Source: a virus
IMG/VR virus record: IMGVR_UViG_3300027419_000023
DNA length: 64,000 bases
Strand: one strand, 5' to 3'
The position numbers were made by a program, and so were the translations under genes. Under the pieces are notes generated by a model. That model was not told where the DNA came from, did not search any database, and saw only the letters and a program-made list of their open reading frames with translations. Shown piece by piece: positions 8,881-17,503 of this stretch (within the stretch, counting starts at the first letter, position 1; each line of letters begins with the position of its first letter).

Positions 8881-9825
8881 TCAGTCCTGAATCACATTTT
8901 TACTTATTAAATATTCGTTTAACGGTATTCCGATACTAGTTATGGGTTCATTACTATATAAAAATTTTATTATATCATCATATTGTAAAACAATTAATTT
9001 TTTATCAGGATATTTATTATTAAACATAATCATCTTTTGTTTAGAATCATCTGTTAAATATCCTTTTACTTCAACGTATAAATCATACTCCGGTAAATAA
9101 AAATCTGGATGCCAGATAATATCATTCTGCAGTTCTATTCGTTTTTCATATTCCCATGCAACTGTTTGTTTTTCTAATTCAGTTGCAAACAATATTTCAT
9201 ATGACGATCTTAACCATATAATAACATTATTTGATTTAGTAAAATATGCTCCGTTACCATGTCCGGATCCAGGATATGCAGGTTTCCCATAACGAGGATG
9301 ATCTTTTCCTGATATTCTGGGTATCTTTGATAGATGCTGTTTTGTTTCTTCTGTATGATGCTTACCATAAAACGGGTTTTTATCACCAACTAATTTACCC
9401 GTCAATGCTTTTGATATTCTTTCTCCTCGTAATCTTAGAACATCTTCTGAAATATTATATTTTTTACCTAAATGAGACTCAGAGCAATTACGAGCTTTAA
9501 TGCCAAATTCTTTCATCCAATGGCATATAGTATTTTTTTCAATATTAAATTCGCGTTCTATTTGTTCATAAGACTTTCTATGAAAAATATATTGTTCTTC
9601 TAACCATTCTTTGTTCCTAAATTTTATTATGTCAATATTATGACAAAGATCAATAGCTTCTAATAACGTTCTTTTTGGTATACTAAATTTAGCTAACCAC
9701 TTAGATATTGTGACATTAGTACATCCAACTTCTTTAGCTATTTGATTACAAGATCGTTTGAGTATAATATATTGATTAAATAACCATTCTTTATTATTAT
9801 ATTTATTAGAATATTTCTTTACCAT
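8881..9825 (-). CDS. HTH/NUMOD3 + PD-(D/E)XK putative homing endonuclease (copy 2)
   Basis: KEWL..QY repeats, NPFYGKHHTEETK, WLRSSYE, HPDFYLPE, VEVKG. Confidence 0.8.
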   Translation of the reverse strand: MVKKYSNKYNNKEWLFNQYIILKRSCNQIAKEVGCTNVTISKWLAKFSIPKRTLLEAIDLCHNIDIIKFRNKEWLEEQYIFHRKSYEQIEREFNIEKNTICHWMKEFGIKARNCSESHLGKKYNISEDVLRLRGERISKALTGKLVGDKNPFYGKHHTEETKQHLSKIPRISGKDHPRYGKPAYPGSGHGNGAYFTKSNNVIIWLRSSYEILFATELEKQTVAWEYEKRIELQNDIIWHPDFYLPEYDLYVEVKGYLTDDSKQKMIMFNNKYPDKKLIVLQYDDIIKFLYSNEPITSIGIPLNEYLISKNVIQD

Positions 9826-9843
9826 AATAATACACTTTCACAA

Positions 9844-10113
9844 TTACTTATTATAAATATATCTCTGAACTGCTATCGTAGCCCACATCAAAGTCGTAGT
9901 TGATCCCATTGTTACTGATAACCAGAAGTCGTTGGAAATATAAACTAGCGTTACCACTATCATGAATAGAGTTGTTAAAATAGAAGTCTGATATGGTATT
10001 TCACTGCATTTATTCCTATAGTTATATAGAACTTGTGGAAATAGTGATATGGCAAAGACGGCAGAACAAACCATTAAGATCTGATCTGAATAAGGTTGTA
10101 TAAATTCTAACAT
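9844..10113 (-). CDS. PQ-loop / SemiSWEET-like 3-TM membrane protein
   Basis: LFPQV motif after TM1; three hydrophobic segments in 89 aa. Confidence 0.7.
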   Translation of the reverse strand: MLEFIQPYSDQILMVCSAVFAISLFPQVLYNYRNKCSEIPYQTSILTTLFMIVVTLVYISNDFWLSVTMGSTTTLMWATIAVQRYIYNK

Positions 10114-10115
10114 GG

Positions 10116-11156
10116 CTATAACTCATCAATTTCCAAATATTCTTTCAATATTAATCCAGCATATTCTAAAGTTATTTTATTTTTTATCAATAAATCAATA
10201 TCTTTCTTTTGTAACACTCTTAATTTAATAAAAGGATATTTATTATAGAACTTAATCATTTTACGTTTTGCATCATCCGTTAACCATCCCTTTATTTCGA
10301 TATAAAGATCATACTCGGGCAAATAAAAATCAGGATGCCATATATCATTGTCTAATTCAAACAATTTTTCATATTCCCATACACATTTAATCTTATCAAG
10401 ATAATCAGCAAATACAGTTTCATAAGATGAACGTAACCATACAGTAGATCCATCTAATTTAGTATGATAAGAACCTTTACCAAATCCCGTACCGGGTCTA
10501 GCAGGTTTACCGTACATATAATGATCTTTACCAGATATTCTTGGCCAGAGAGCCATTTTCCTACGAGTTTCTTCAGATGGATTAGAAAGTTTCTTGGATA
10601 ATATTTGTTTGGTTTCTTCAGTATGATGCTTTCCGAAAAACGGATTCTTTTCACCTGTTCTACCATACATCGGATTATTAGAACCAGTATACTTTCCTTT
10701 TCTGGAAATCGACATATGCTCTCGTGCTTCTGCATCCAACGTCCAATGCTTTCCAAAATTTGGATGGTTTTCTCCTACAAATTTTTTACGGGAAAGAGAT
10801 ATCTTCCTACGAGTTTCTTCAGATGGATTAGAATTTGCTTCCGATATCTTACGTTTCGTTTCTTCGGATCTTAGTTTGCCATATATGGGATTATTTTCAC
10901 CAGAAACATCTGCGTGATTTTCAGACATCTTTTTCCTAGTATATGAAGTTTTGCACTGTTCTGATGATGGTCGTATGCTAAAACCAAATAATTTTATATA
11001 TTTACCTACTATATAATTGGTAGTATTTAATTCTTTTGCAATAGACGAAATTGATCGAAATATCATATTATATTGTTCGTTTATCCAATCATAATCAGTA
11101 AGAAGTAATTTCGCTTCTTCGGTTAATATAGAATCTTTCTTTTTTAAGCGTACCAA
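10116..11156 (-). CDS. NUMOD3 + PD-(D/E)XK putative homing endonuclease (copy 3)
   Basis: Multiple SEETRRKIS and NP.YG repeats, WLRSSYE, HPDFYLPE, IEIKG; probable TTG start at 11156 after GGAG. Confidence 0.8.
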   Translation of the reverse strand: MVRLKKKDSILTEEAKLLLTDYDWINEQYNMIFRSISSIAKELNTTNYIVGKYIKLFGFSIRPSSEQCKTSYTRKKMSENHADVSGENNPIYGKLRSEETKRKISEANSNPSEETRRKISLSRKKFVGENHPNFGKHWTLDAEAREHMSISRKGKYTGSNNPMYGRTGEKNPFFGKHHTEETKQILSKKLSNPSEETRRKMALWPRISGKDHYMYGKPARPGTGFGKGSYHTKLDGSTVWLRSSYETVFADYLDKIKCVWEYEKLFELDNDIWHPDFYLPEYDLYIEIKGWLTDDAKRKMIKFYNKYPFIKLRVLQKKDIDLLIKNKITLEYAGLILKEYLEIDEL

Positions 11157-11407
11157 GAATTCCAGACTCCTCTTATATTCATACACTCATATAAAATGAA
11201 TAATATTGAATAAGGTATATTTTTTGCTTTTAAAAAGCCTATTAACATATAGCCATTTGAACCGATCCATAGAAAAAATCCAAGACCTCTCCAAGAAGCA
11301 CTGATATCAGAAGAAAATGTTGCACCTAATACAGCAACTAACATAGTTAAATATTCTAATGGATGTATTTTGATGTCATTATAGATATCAGTAATGCTAT
11401 TATTCAA
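11144..11407 (-). CDS. Small 3-TM membrane protein (PnuC/SWEET half-transporter-like)
   Basis: Three TM segments; GFFLWIGSN and GVWNSW pattern. Confidence 0.55.
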   Translation of the reverse strand: MNNSITDIYNDIKIHPLEYLTMLVAVLGATFSSDISASWRGLGFFLWIGSNGYMLIGFLKAKNIPYSILFILYECMNIRGVWNSWYA

Positions 11408-11559
11408 TTACTCACTTCCGTCTCGAAGTCAAACAAATCCATCTGCTCGTGTTCATCTTCCTGGACTTTTAGAAAACATATCAGTCCGTAACCGCGTTCC
11501 TGACTGTCTGGATCCTTGAGGTTACGTCCGCATCGCTTACATTTATAAAAAGTAGGCAT
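11404..11559 (-). CDS. Small Zn-ribbon protein (DUF6011-like) with C-terminal PIP-like motif
   Basis: Manual translation MPTFYKCKRCGRNLKDPDSQERGYGLIC..EQMDLFDFE. Confidence 0.65.
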   Translation of the reverse strand: MPTFYKCKRCGRNLKDPDSQERGYGLICFLKVQEDEHEQMDLFDFETEVSN

Positions 11560-11577
11560 GCTATCCTTCCTAACGTA

Positions 11578-12072
11578 TTAAATGTTCCTCTGGTATATAT
11601 CGTCAAACGACAACAGGAAACTCTCTAACTCCCTAGCATTAGATATACGAAGTGGTACGTCCAGATGTTTGTTATACTCCCTGGTTATTAATACTACCTG
11701 GGAATAATCTCGGAATTTTGGGTAATCCTCGACAATGACATCATGAGACTTCAATATCCGCATCTTTTCTTCAGGACCACTAGTATAAATTACCTGGTAC
11801 GGTATCTTGATGTGGTTATTTAGCCACTGGCTGGTATATGGAGCCCAAAGTGGCAACTGGTTAGAAAGGATTACGATTCTGTCAAGCAGTTCATTTACGA
11901 CTCCTAGATATTCTGTTTCTGGGCACTCCAAGCAGATTTCCGGATGTTCATTAACTATCTGGATAACTGTCTTGCCGTCTTGGTTCGTTGCATCCCAACG
12001 GTCTGGCTCTCCCCCTAAGACATAAGAACCGAACTCACGAAGCACTCCGTCTAAATCGAAGTATAGGGCCAT
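11578..12072 (-). CDS. HAD-family 5'(3')-deoxyribonucleotidase-like protein
   Basis: FDLDGVL, EEK, IVEDYP, ITREYN. Confidence 0.75.
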   Translation of the reverse strand: MALYFDLDGVLREFGSYVLGGEPDRWDATNQDGKTVIQIVNEHPEICLECPETEYLGVVNELLDRIVILSNQLPLWAPYTSQWLNNHIKIPYQVIYTSGPEEKMRILKSHDVIVEDYPKFRDYSQVVLITREYNKHLDVPLRISNARELESFLLSFDDIYQRNI

Positions 12073-12220
12073 TAACTTTCCTCGTTGCCTATATTTAAAT
12101 AAAATAAGTAAAATCCTATCAACCCAAATAGAAACGTATAGTTATATCTAAATTCGGAAATAGACTTAACTATCATTATAAAGCACATTATCATGACGAA
12201 TATATCTAGTATTTTCATTA

Positions 12221-12412
12221 TTATTTCACTTCCTGTAACCAAGGCATTAAATTTTTAGCGGCTTTTTCCAGATCTTCTTCCGGAATCTCTTCCCGGGAAG
12301 AGTACATTCCTCCGCATTCAGTGCAGCGTGAGTGGCCAACTACTTTATTATAGTGCCAGAGTGTTTTTCTCATGCAGCTCAAGCAAAATCTTTCTGTATC
12401 CGGTGGTGGCAT
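12221..12412 (-). CDS. Small Zn-ribbon protein
   Basis: CLSC..CTECGG. Confidence 0.55.
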   Translation of the reverse strand: MPPPDTERFCLSCMRKTLWHYNKVVGHSRCTECGGMYSSREEIPEEDLEKAAKNLMPWLQEVK

Positions 12413-12467
12413 GTAACATTATTCCTCCTCTAGTTATAGTATTTAAGTAGTTTATTTAAGTTATTAC

Positions 12468-12908
12468 TTATAAAATTCCTGATGCTCTTTCAAGGCGTTT
12501 TCTATTTAGATCCTCTAATGGCATACAAATATTTTCTGATATCGCTAATGAATATAAAGATTTAGCTACTCTAATTGCATCACTTTCTAATACATATACA
12601 CTAGAATATATGCCACCCACTCCCATTACACTGCGTGGTTTCAACGTAGAAGATTTGAATAATTTGCGTATTGTATCATTTGTTGATCTATCAAATCCAC
12701 GTTCGGATGTATGCAATAAGTCCAATTCTACATATGCATATTTTCTTCGTAGTGTTATTGCGACAAACGGTATTCCGTTATCTGCACACCATCCCCAATA
12801 TCGATTCGAAATTTTATAGGACTGATTTTCACGGATAACAAATTTGGCTTCTATAGATTCCTCAAGAGTGGTATGAGGAACTAACCTATCAGATATTTTT
12901 GCGATCAT
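12468..12908 (-). CDS. Hypothetical protein
   Basis: ORF with GAGG SD. Confidence 0.6.
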   Translation of the reverse strand: MIAKISDRLVPHTTLEESIEAKFVIRENQSYKISNRYWGWCADNGIPFVAITLRRKYAYVELDLLHTSERGFDRSTNDTIRKLFKSSTLKPRSVMGVGGIYSSVYVLESDAIRVAKSLYSLAISENICMPLEDLNRKRLERASGIL

Positions 12909-12921
12909 TATTATTCCTCCT

Positions 12922-13281
12922 TTACTTATTGTACTCGAAACCTATCCCAATTTCTATATTCTCGCCAGTTTCCTGAGAAATTTCATTGGTATGTTTTATG
13001 GCAGCTAATACAAAATCAATATAATCTGGATTATCTACGGATATGTAATAAATTCCCCCAAAATCCCAACCATCTGGACTTGCCCAGACTCCTATTATAA
13101 TTTCATCATCTTTGTATATTAATTCAGGAAATTCTTCAGAATCTCGAAGATGATTTCCAGATTTAAATTCTAGGATGCCACGGTCAAGTAGTAATACCGT
13201 AGGGAATCCAGAATCCTGTAACTTTCTTTGCAAATTGGCCATAAACTGTCTTGCTTGAATTATAATTTCTTTAGACTTCAT
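12922..13281 (-). CDS. Hypothetical protein (probably leaderless)
   Basis: BRE/TATA at 13301-13320, about 25 nt upstream of ATG. Confidence 0.6.
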   Translation of the reverse strand: MKSKEIIIQARQFMANLQRKLQDSGFPTVLLLDRGILEFKSGNHLRDSEEFPELIYKDDEIIIGVWASPDGWDFGGIYYISVDNPDYIDFVLAAIKHTNEISQETGENIEIGIGFEYNK

Positions 13282-13319
13282 AAGTTAGTTAACGGTTTTG
13301 TAGTATTTAAAACTTTTGG

Positions 13320-14246
13320 TTAGTAATCATTGCTAATTATTCCGCCGTATTGCTCAGCAAATCTCCAATCCAATTGTATATTAACAGGCTTATTGTCAAT
13401 TACCGAATAGGACAATATAAGACCGCATACATCAGCTCCGCCGTAACTTGCCAAAATAACTTCATCAGGAGCTTGAAAGCAACCAACTCCGATCAGTACC
13501 TTTCCCATGAAGGAGGGCACATAACAACACGAGTGACAATGGCCATACAAAAATATGGTGCCTATCTGTTCTTCGGACATCAATTGGAGTGTTCGTGTCT
13601 TAATACGCTTATTACGATTTTGACCTGGTGCGGCACACGAACCTCCGCCGTGATTTACATTGATCAAGATGTTGCCAGGACCAACTATTGGAGTTCCCTT
13701 ACGGATATATGTCAAATCAGGTCTTCTTATTACCATTTCGTTACAGAAATCGTAATGCCAGTCAAATTTGGCTAAGGAAGCCTCGTGGTTACCCTTAGTA
13801 ATGATATTCGTTGCAAAACCGCTAGGATAATATCGTTGGAAATATTGTTCAAATTCGCTGGTGGTATTAAGGAATCTTACTTCATTATGGTACTTTTGAT
13901 TCATTAATCCGTCAATTGCATCGCCACAATGAATTAAGAAGTTAATTCCGCGTTCTTTACAATCCTCGATAAAATTATCAAAGACGGTTTTCTGCTGGTA
14001 TATGGAACCCCAGTGCGTATCAGAGACAACTGCAATTTCATAGCGTTGCAATTCTTCATTACTATAGTCAGTTCTTGATGATCGGGGTGAAGGTAGGCCA
14101 ACTTCGTACCACTTGCATTTCCAGCGGTCTCTTGAAACTCTTACACACCTAGCAGAATCATTGAAGTTACCGCAACGAGCATACACCCGTAACATGTCGT
14201 ATTCGGAAAATTCATCAAACGGCTTTTCTGGGATAGTTATTACCAG
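13320..14246 (-). CDS. Calcineurin-like metallophosphoesterase
   Basis: SDTH, GDAIDG, GNHE, HG, GHCH; frame open to CTG 14246 behind AAGGAG. Confidence 0.85.
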   Translation of the reverse strand: MVITIPEKPFDEFSEYDMLRVYARCGNFNDSARCVRVSRDRWKCKWYEVGLPSPRSSRTDYSNEELQRYEIAVVSDTHWGSIYQQKTVFDNFIEDCKERGINFLIHCGDAIDGLMNQKYHNEVRFLNTTSEFEQYFQRYYPSGFATNIITKGNHEASLAKFDWHYDFCNEMVIRRPDLTYIRKGTPIVGPGNILINVNHGGGSCAAPGQNRNKRIKTRTLQLMSEEQIGTIFLYGHCHSCCYVPSFMGKVLIGVGCFQAPDEVILASYGGADVCGLILSYSVIDNKPVNIQLDWRFAEQYGGIISNDY

Positions 14247-14269
14247 AAGATCAGCTCCTTGCTATTGAT

Positions 14270-14596
14270 TTAATCAGTGCACAATTCATTAGATCCACAC
14301 TTTGGACAAACTTTATTAGGATCCTTGCAATATTGATCATAAGTTGTCCATTTCATTTCTCGAATTCTACGACCGAAATATTCATACCAACGCGCAATAT
14401 TTTCCTGCATTGTCATGTCCGGACGAATTGGTATACCATTGATAAATTCGCAACAATGAATTGTTTCGTTTAATTTGCTCGTTTGCAATCCAAATAGCGT
14501 TTCATCATATTCTCTAGATAAAAATTTCGACGGGTTATAAGACTTATCATAAAAATCGTCTTGTTCCCATCCACACTTATGACAATGTACGAACAT
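14270..14596 (-). CDS. Zn-ribbon protein
   Basis: CHKCGW..CPKCGS. Confidence 0.6.
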   Translation of the reverse strand: MFVHCHKCGWEQDDFYDKSYNPSKFLSREYDETLFGLQTSKLNETIHCCEFINGIPIRPDMTMQENIARWYEYFGRRIREMKWTTYDQYCKDPNKVCPKCGSNELCTD

Positions 14597-15194
14597 GATT
14601 ATTAATCTCCTTTTTATTAGAAACTAATATGGTTTCAATACTATTCGTTCCCATGATAACGTTAACTAGGGATTTGACATTATAACCTTGATCTCGGAGT
14701 CGTTCTGCAGCACCATCCTTTTCGATTATAGTATATGATCCGATTACATTAATATGGTTACTTTCTAAGGTATCGACAATAACAGAAATTGTTCCACCTG
14801 TACTAACAACGTCATCTATGATAATAACATTACGTCCTGGCTTAATACTATTGATGTACATAGTTGACTCCGAATAGCCAGTTTGTTGATGGACTTCTAG
14901 TTCTCCGGGTAATCCATATTTTCGTTTTCTAGCAACCACGTAAGGTCTATCCATTAGTGTACTAACCACTGTTGCGATGGGTAAGGCCATTGCTTCTGGT
15001 GCAATAATGAAATCAAGATTTGAATGGGTTACATCGCGTTCTATTAGTTCTTGTAGTCTACGAGCTGTTTTAAAAAGAATTTCTGGATCAATTGGCAACG
15101 CGCCGTCTGTTAGTGCATGAACAAAGTAGTTATATCCATTTTTATTTATAATAGGAGATTCTTTTATAGAATCTATTAAAAATTGAAGATTCAT
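14577..15194 (-). CDS. hpt: Archaeal-type hypoxanthine/guanine phosphoribosyltransferase
   Basis: YNYFVHALTDG, EAMALP, RKRKYGLPGE, QQTGYS, IIDDVVSTGGT PRPP loop. Confidence 0.88.
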   Translation of the reverse strand: MNLQFLIDSIKESPIINKNGYNYFVHALTDGALPIDPEILFKTARRLQELIERDVTHSNLDFIIAPEAMALPIATVVSTLMDRPYVVARKRKYGLPGELEVHQQTGYSESTMYINSIKPGRNVIIIDDVVSTGGTISVIVDTLESNHINVIGSYTIIEKDGAAERLRDQGYNVKSLVNVIMGTNSIETILVSNKKEINNHVRTLS

Positions 15195-15196
15195 AT

Positions 15197-16021
15197 CTAA
15201 GTCCTCATAATTCTGTCCGGAACAAAATCAATAAACTTATTAACCACATTTTCCAAAATCTCGACATCGGCAATACAATGTGTCACAATGTAGTCTAATG
15301 CGTCATTATCCCTATTTAATACCACATTATTCCATTCGATTAGACCCAGTTTTGTTTTGTCTGGTGAAGCATCTGGATTAGACACTTGCAGAATTTGATT
15401 TATGCGTTCTAACCGTCTTGTGGATGGATTAGTTACTCGTTTTACCGTGAAATATAAATCTAATGACTTGATCTTTTTAAGTGGCTGAATTCCGTGATAC
15501 AACGCACGGGTTCTTATAAATGGTATGTCAAAACGATTTCCAAAATATGTCACTACACCATCATAGGTAGTTAATTCTTCGTTTAATTTTATCAAAATTT
15601 CTTTTTCTGCTTCCACTAAACTGTTATTAGATAAATTAATTCTAAATATCTTTGGATCTTCTCTGGAACCGTAAGTTCGGATAACAGCACAAAGCATAAT
15701 CCCAAAATCAGATTTTAGAGACGTCGTTTCTATGTCCAGTACAGCCACTTTCGATGAATCTGGGTTTAGAAACAGATTAGAACTCATTGATTTCGTGACT
15801 TTCTTAGTTCGGGCAAGTAATTTCGGTACATTAATTACATCTGGTAAAATAGAATCATTTGTTTTAATATTTTCCAATTCTTTTTTATTATTATAATACC
15901 TTATGTATGTTGGATGAGTTGTATTTGTAAATAAAGCACACTTTCGGAATGATCCACATTGTTGATATAGATCGTCTAGTTCTTTGAATGTCCATTCGGA
16001 TAACGGTTTTAATTCAGTCAT
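15197..16021 (-). CDS. RNase H-fold 3'-5' exonuclease (YprB/RNase_H_2-like) with N-terminal HTH-like segment
   Basis: LDIETT, YFGNRFDIPF, SLDLY, HCIADV. Confidence 0.8.
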   Translation of the reverse strand: MTELKPLSEWTFKELDDLYQQCGSFRKCALFTNTTHPTYIRYYNNKKELENIKTNDSILPDVINVPKLLARTKKVTKSMSSNLFLNPDSSKVAVLDIETTSLKSDFGIMLCAVIRTYGSREDPKIFRINLSNNSLVEAEKEILIKLNEELTTYDGVVTYFGNRFDIPFIRTRALYHGIQPLKKIKSLDLYFTVKRVTNPSTRRLERINQILQVSNPDASPDKTKLGLIEWNNVVLNRDNDALDYIVTHCIADVEILENVVNKFIDFVPDRIMRT

Positions 16022-16029
16022 TTCTATAT

Positions 16030-16299
16030 TTACTCCTTGCTATTGTTTTCCAGTTTCCAGGCTATTGTAATTGGATGAAATTTCATTTCGAGCAAGTACT
16101 GTCCCGAATCATCTTCGTATATTTCGATAGTTGTCTTATTTCGTATCTTGGATTCTATGACTTTCGAAAGTTTGTTGATGTCTCGGTTAGGTAGCTCTTC
16201 CCAACTGGATACTATGTCTTCGAGGGTCCCTATGTCGATTTTATAGCCTTCGAAAATTTTTGAAAGTTGCTTAATTTGGTCGTCTAAAAATTCGGACAT
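16030..16299 (-). CDS. Hypothetical protein
   Basis: AGGAG SD; promoter at 16341-16360. Confidence 0.55.
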   Translation of the reverse strand: MSEFLDDQIKQLSKIFEGYKIDIGTLEDIVSSWEELPNRDINKLSKVIESKIRNKTTIEIYEDDSGQYLLEMKFHPITIAWKLENNSKE

Positions 16300-16340
16300 A
16301 ATAATACTCCTAAAAATAGAATAATCAAAATATAGTGTTT

Positions 16341-16360
16341 TAGTATTTAAAGGTTTTGGT
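16341..16360 (-). promoter_or_regulatory. BRE+TATA promoter (ACCAAAACCTTTAAATAC)
   Basis: Same 18-mer at 48243-48260 and 50302-50319. Confidence 0.75.
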
Positions 16361-16920
16361 TACTCTCGTAATATCTCCTTTTTAATTATTTGGAACGGCG
16401 GAGCACAACCAGCATTGAATTTGCATGCAATTTCTAATGCTATCCTGACACGAGTTTCTGGTTCCATACTGAAATTTCGCGTGGCTTCTAAAGCACCTAA
16501 CGCATAATCACTGCCGGAACCGATAGCAGTGAAATCCCTATATTCCACGATAGAATAATCACATTCTACTGTATAAAAATTATTATTGTACAATATTAGT
16601 AGGGCTGACTTATCCATACTGGATGTACTGTCCTCTTCGACAAAGGAAGTCTTAGCTTCCTCTAAACATTCCCGAATCGAGTTGACAAAATCGCTCTGCA
16701 AGTACTGGATGTCAGATTTCATACCGGGATGATACGGCACTTCAAACGAGGAATTAATAACATCGTGTATTCTACAGGAACCACAAAACCCAATAGAGAC
16801 ATTTTCGAGTTCGATTATCTTGTTCGGACAGGAATTAAAAATATAGTTCCCGGATAAAATTCTTGAATCGGACCCCAATACGATTTGATTGTCATCTTTT
16901 AATCCGATGATGCAAGTTAT
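16360..16920 (-). CDS. HslV/proteasome-beta-like Ntn hydrolase
   Basis: Upstream extension gives (M)TCIIG..GSDSR with N-terminal Thr, plus AIGSG..ALG; start is ATA 16920 behind GGAGGT. Confidence 0.82.
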   Translation of the reverse strand: MTCIIGLKDDNQIVLGSDSRILSGNYIFNSCPNKIIELENVSIGFCGSCRIHDVINSSFEVPYHPGMKSDIQYLQSDFVNSIRECLEEAKTSFVEEDSTSSMDKSALLILYNNNFYTVECDYSIVEYRDFTAIGSGSDYALGALEATRNFSMEPETRVRIALEIACKFNAGCAPPFQIIKKEILRE

Positions 16921-16934
16921 TTAGATACCTCCAA

Positions 16935-17219
16935 TTATTTTGTTAAACTCTCAATACGTTCCCACATATCTTTGTGAAAATATAATGACCTGGTAGATTT
17001 ATTACTATTAGCTTTGTTACGTCCACGAGTTTCGTCATGAACAATAATGAGGTCATTTCCGATTTTTCTGAGAAGAACACTTACCCGGCCACTATTATAT
17101 CTAGTTGTATTATAAATCTCTGTAAATGATATGCCTGGGAATCTTTTGATTAAATTCAATATATCGTCCTCAGTTCGGACAAGTTTATTCCTTCTATAAT
17201 ATTCATAACTATGTTTCAT
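16935..17219 (-). CDS. Winged-HTH-like protein
   Basis: ILNLIKRFPGISFTEI..GRVSVLLRKI. Confidence 0.55.
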   Translation of the reverse strand: MKHSYEYYRRNKLVRTEDDILNLIKRFPGISFTEIYNTTRYNSGRVSVLLRKIGNDLIIVHDETRGRNKANSNKSTRSLYFHKDMWERIESLTK

Positions 17220-17503
17220 AACCGGTAACTCCGTGGTAGAATTTTATTGTCATGATTTAAAGTTTTCTCTTCAAACCATCTACCAATATTTCCGCAAGTA
17301 TTTTTATCATCTCGATAATATCTCAATGCATATGGCGATTTTATAAAATTAAACTTACCTGTCACTAGGTTAATAGGTGCTAGATTATTACTATGCCAAC
17401 ATTGATGTTGTCTATTAATTTCTCCATGATTAGGTGCACTTGGATCGAATTTGTAATACTTGCAATCACAACAATATCTCTTTATCATACCAAATCTCCT
17501 CAC
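17216..17503 (-). CDS. Small Cys-rich protein (family with 43321 and 49820)
   Basis: CCDC..C..NLVTG..CGNIGRWF. Confidence 0.55.
   Translation of the reverse strand: MRRFGMIKRYCCDCKYYKFDPSAPNHGEINRQHQCWHSNNLAPINLVTGKFNFIKSPYALRYYRDDKNTCGNIGRWFEEKTLNHDNKILPRSYRL

Noticed and set aside
8881-11186. Endonucleases as intron- or intein-encoded ORFs
   Set aside because: Flanking genes appear complete with their own starts and stops. No intein motifs are visible in PolB, RFC, NrdD or the helicases, and no convincing splice structure was seen.
16360-16920. Connectase (methanogen proteasome-like protein ligase)
   Set aside because: The N-terminal TCIIG and GSG pattern fits generic phage HslV-like proteins better. 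It cannot be assigned without a profile search.
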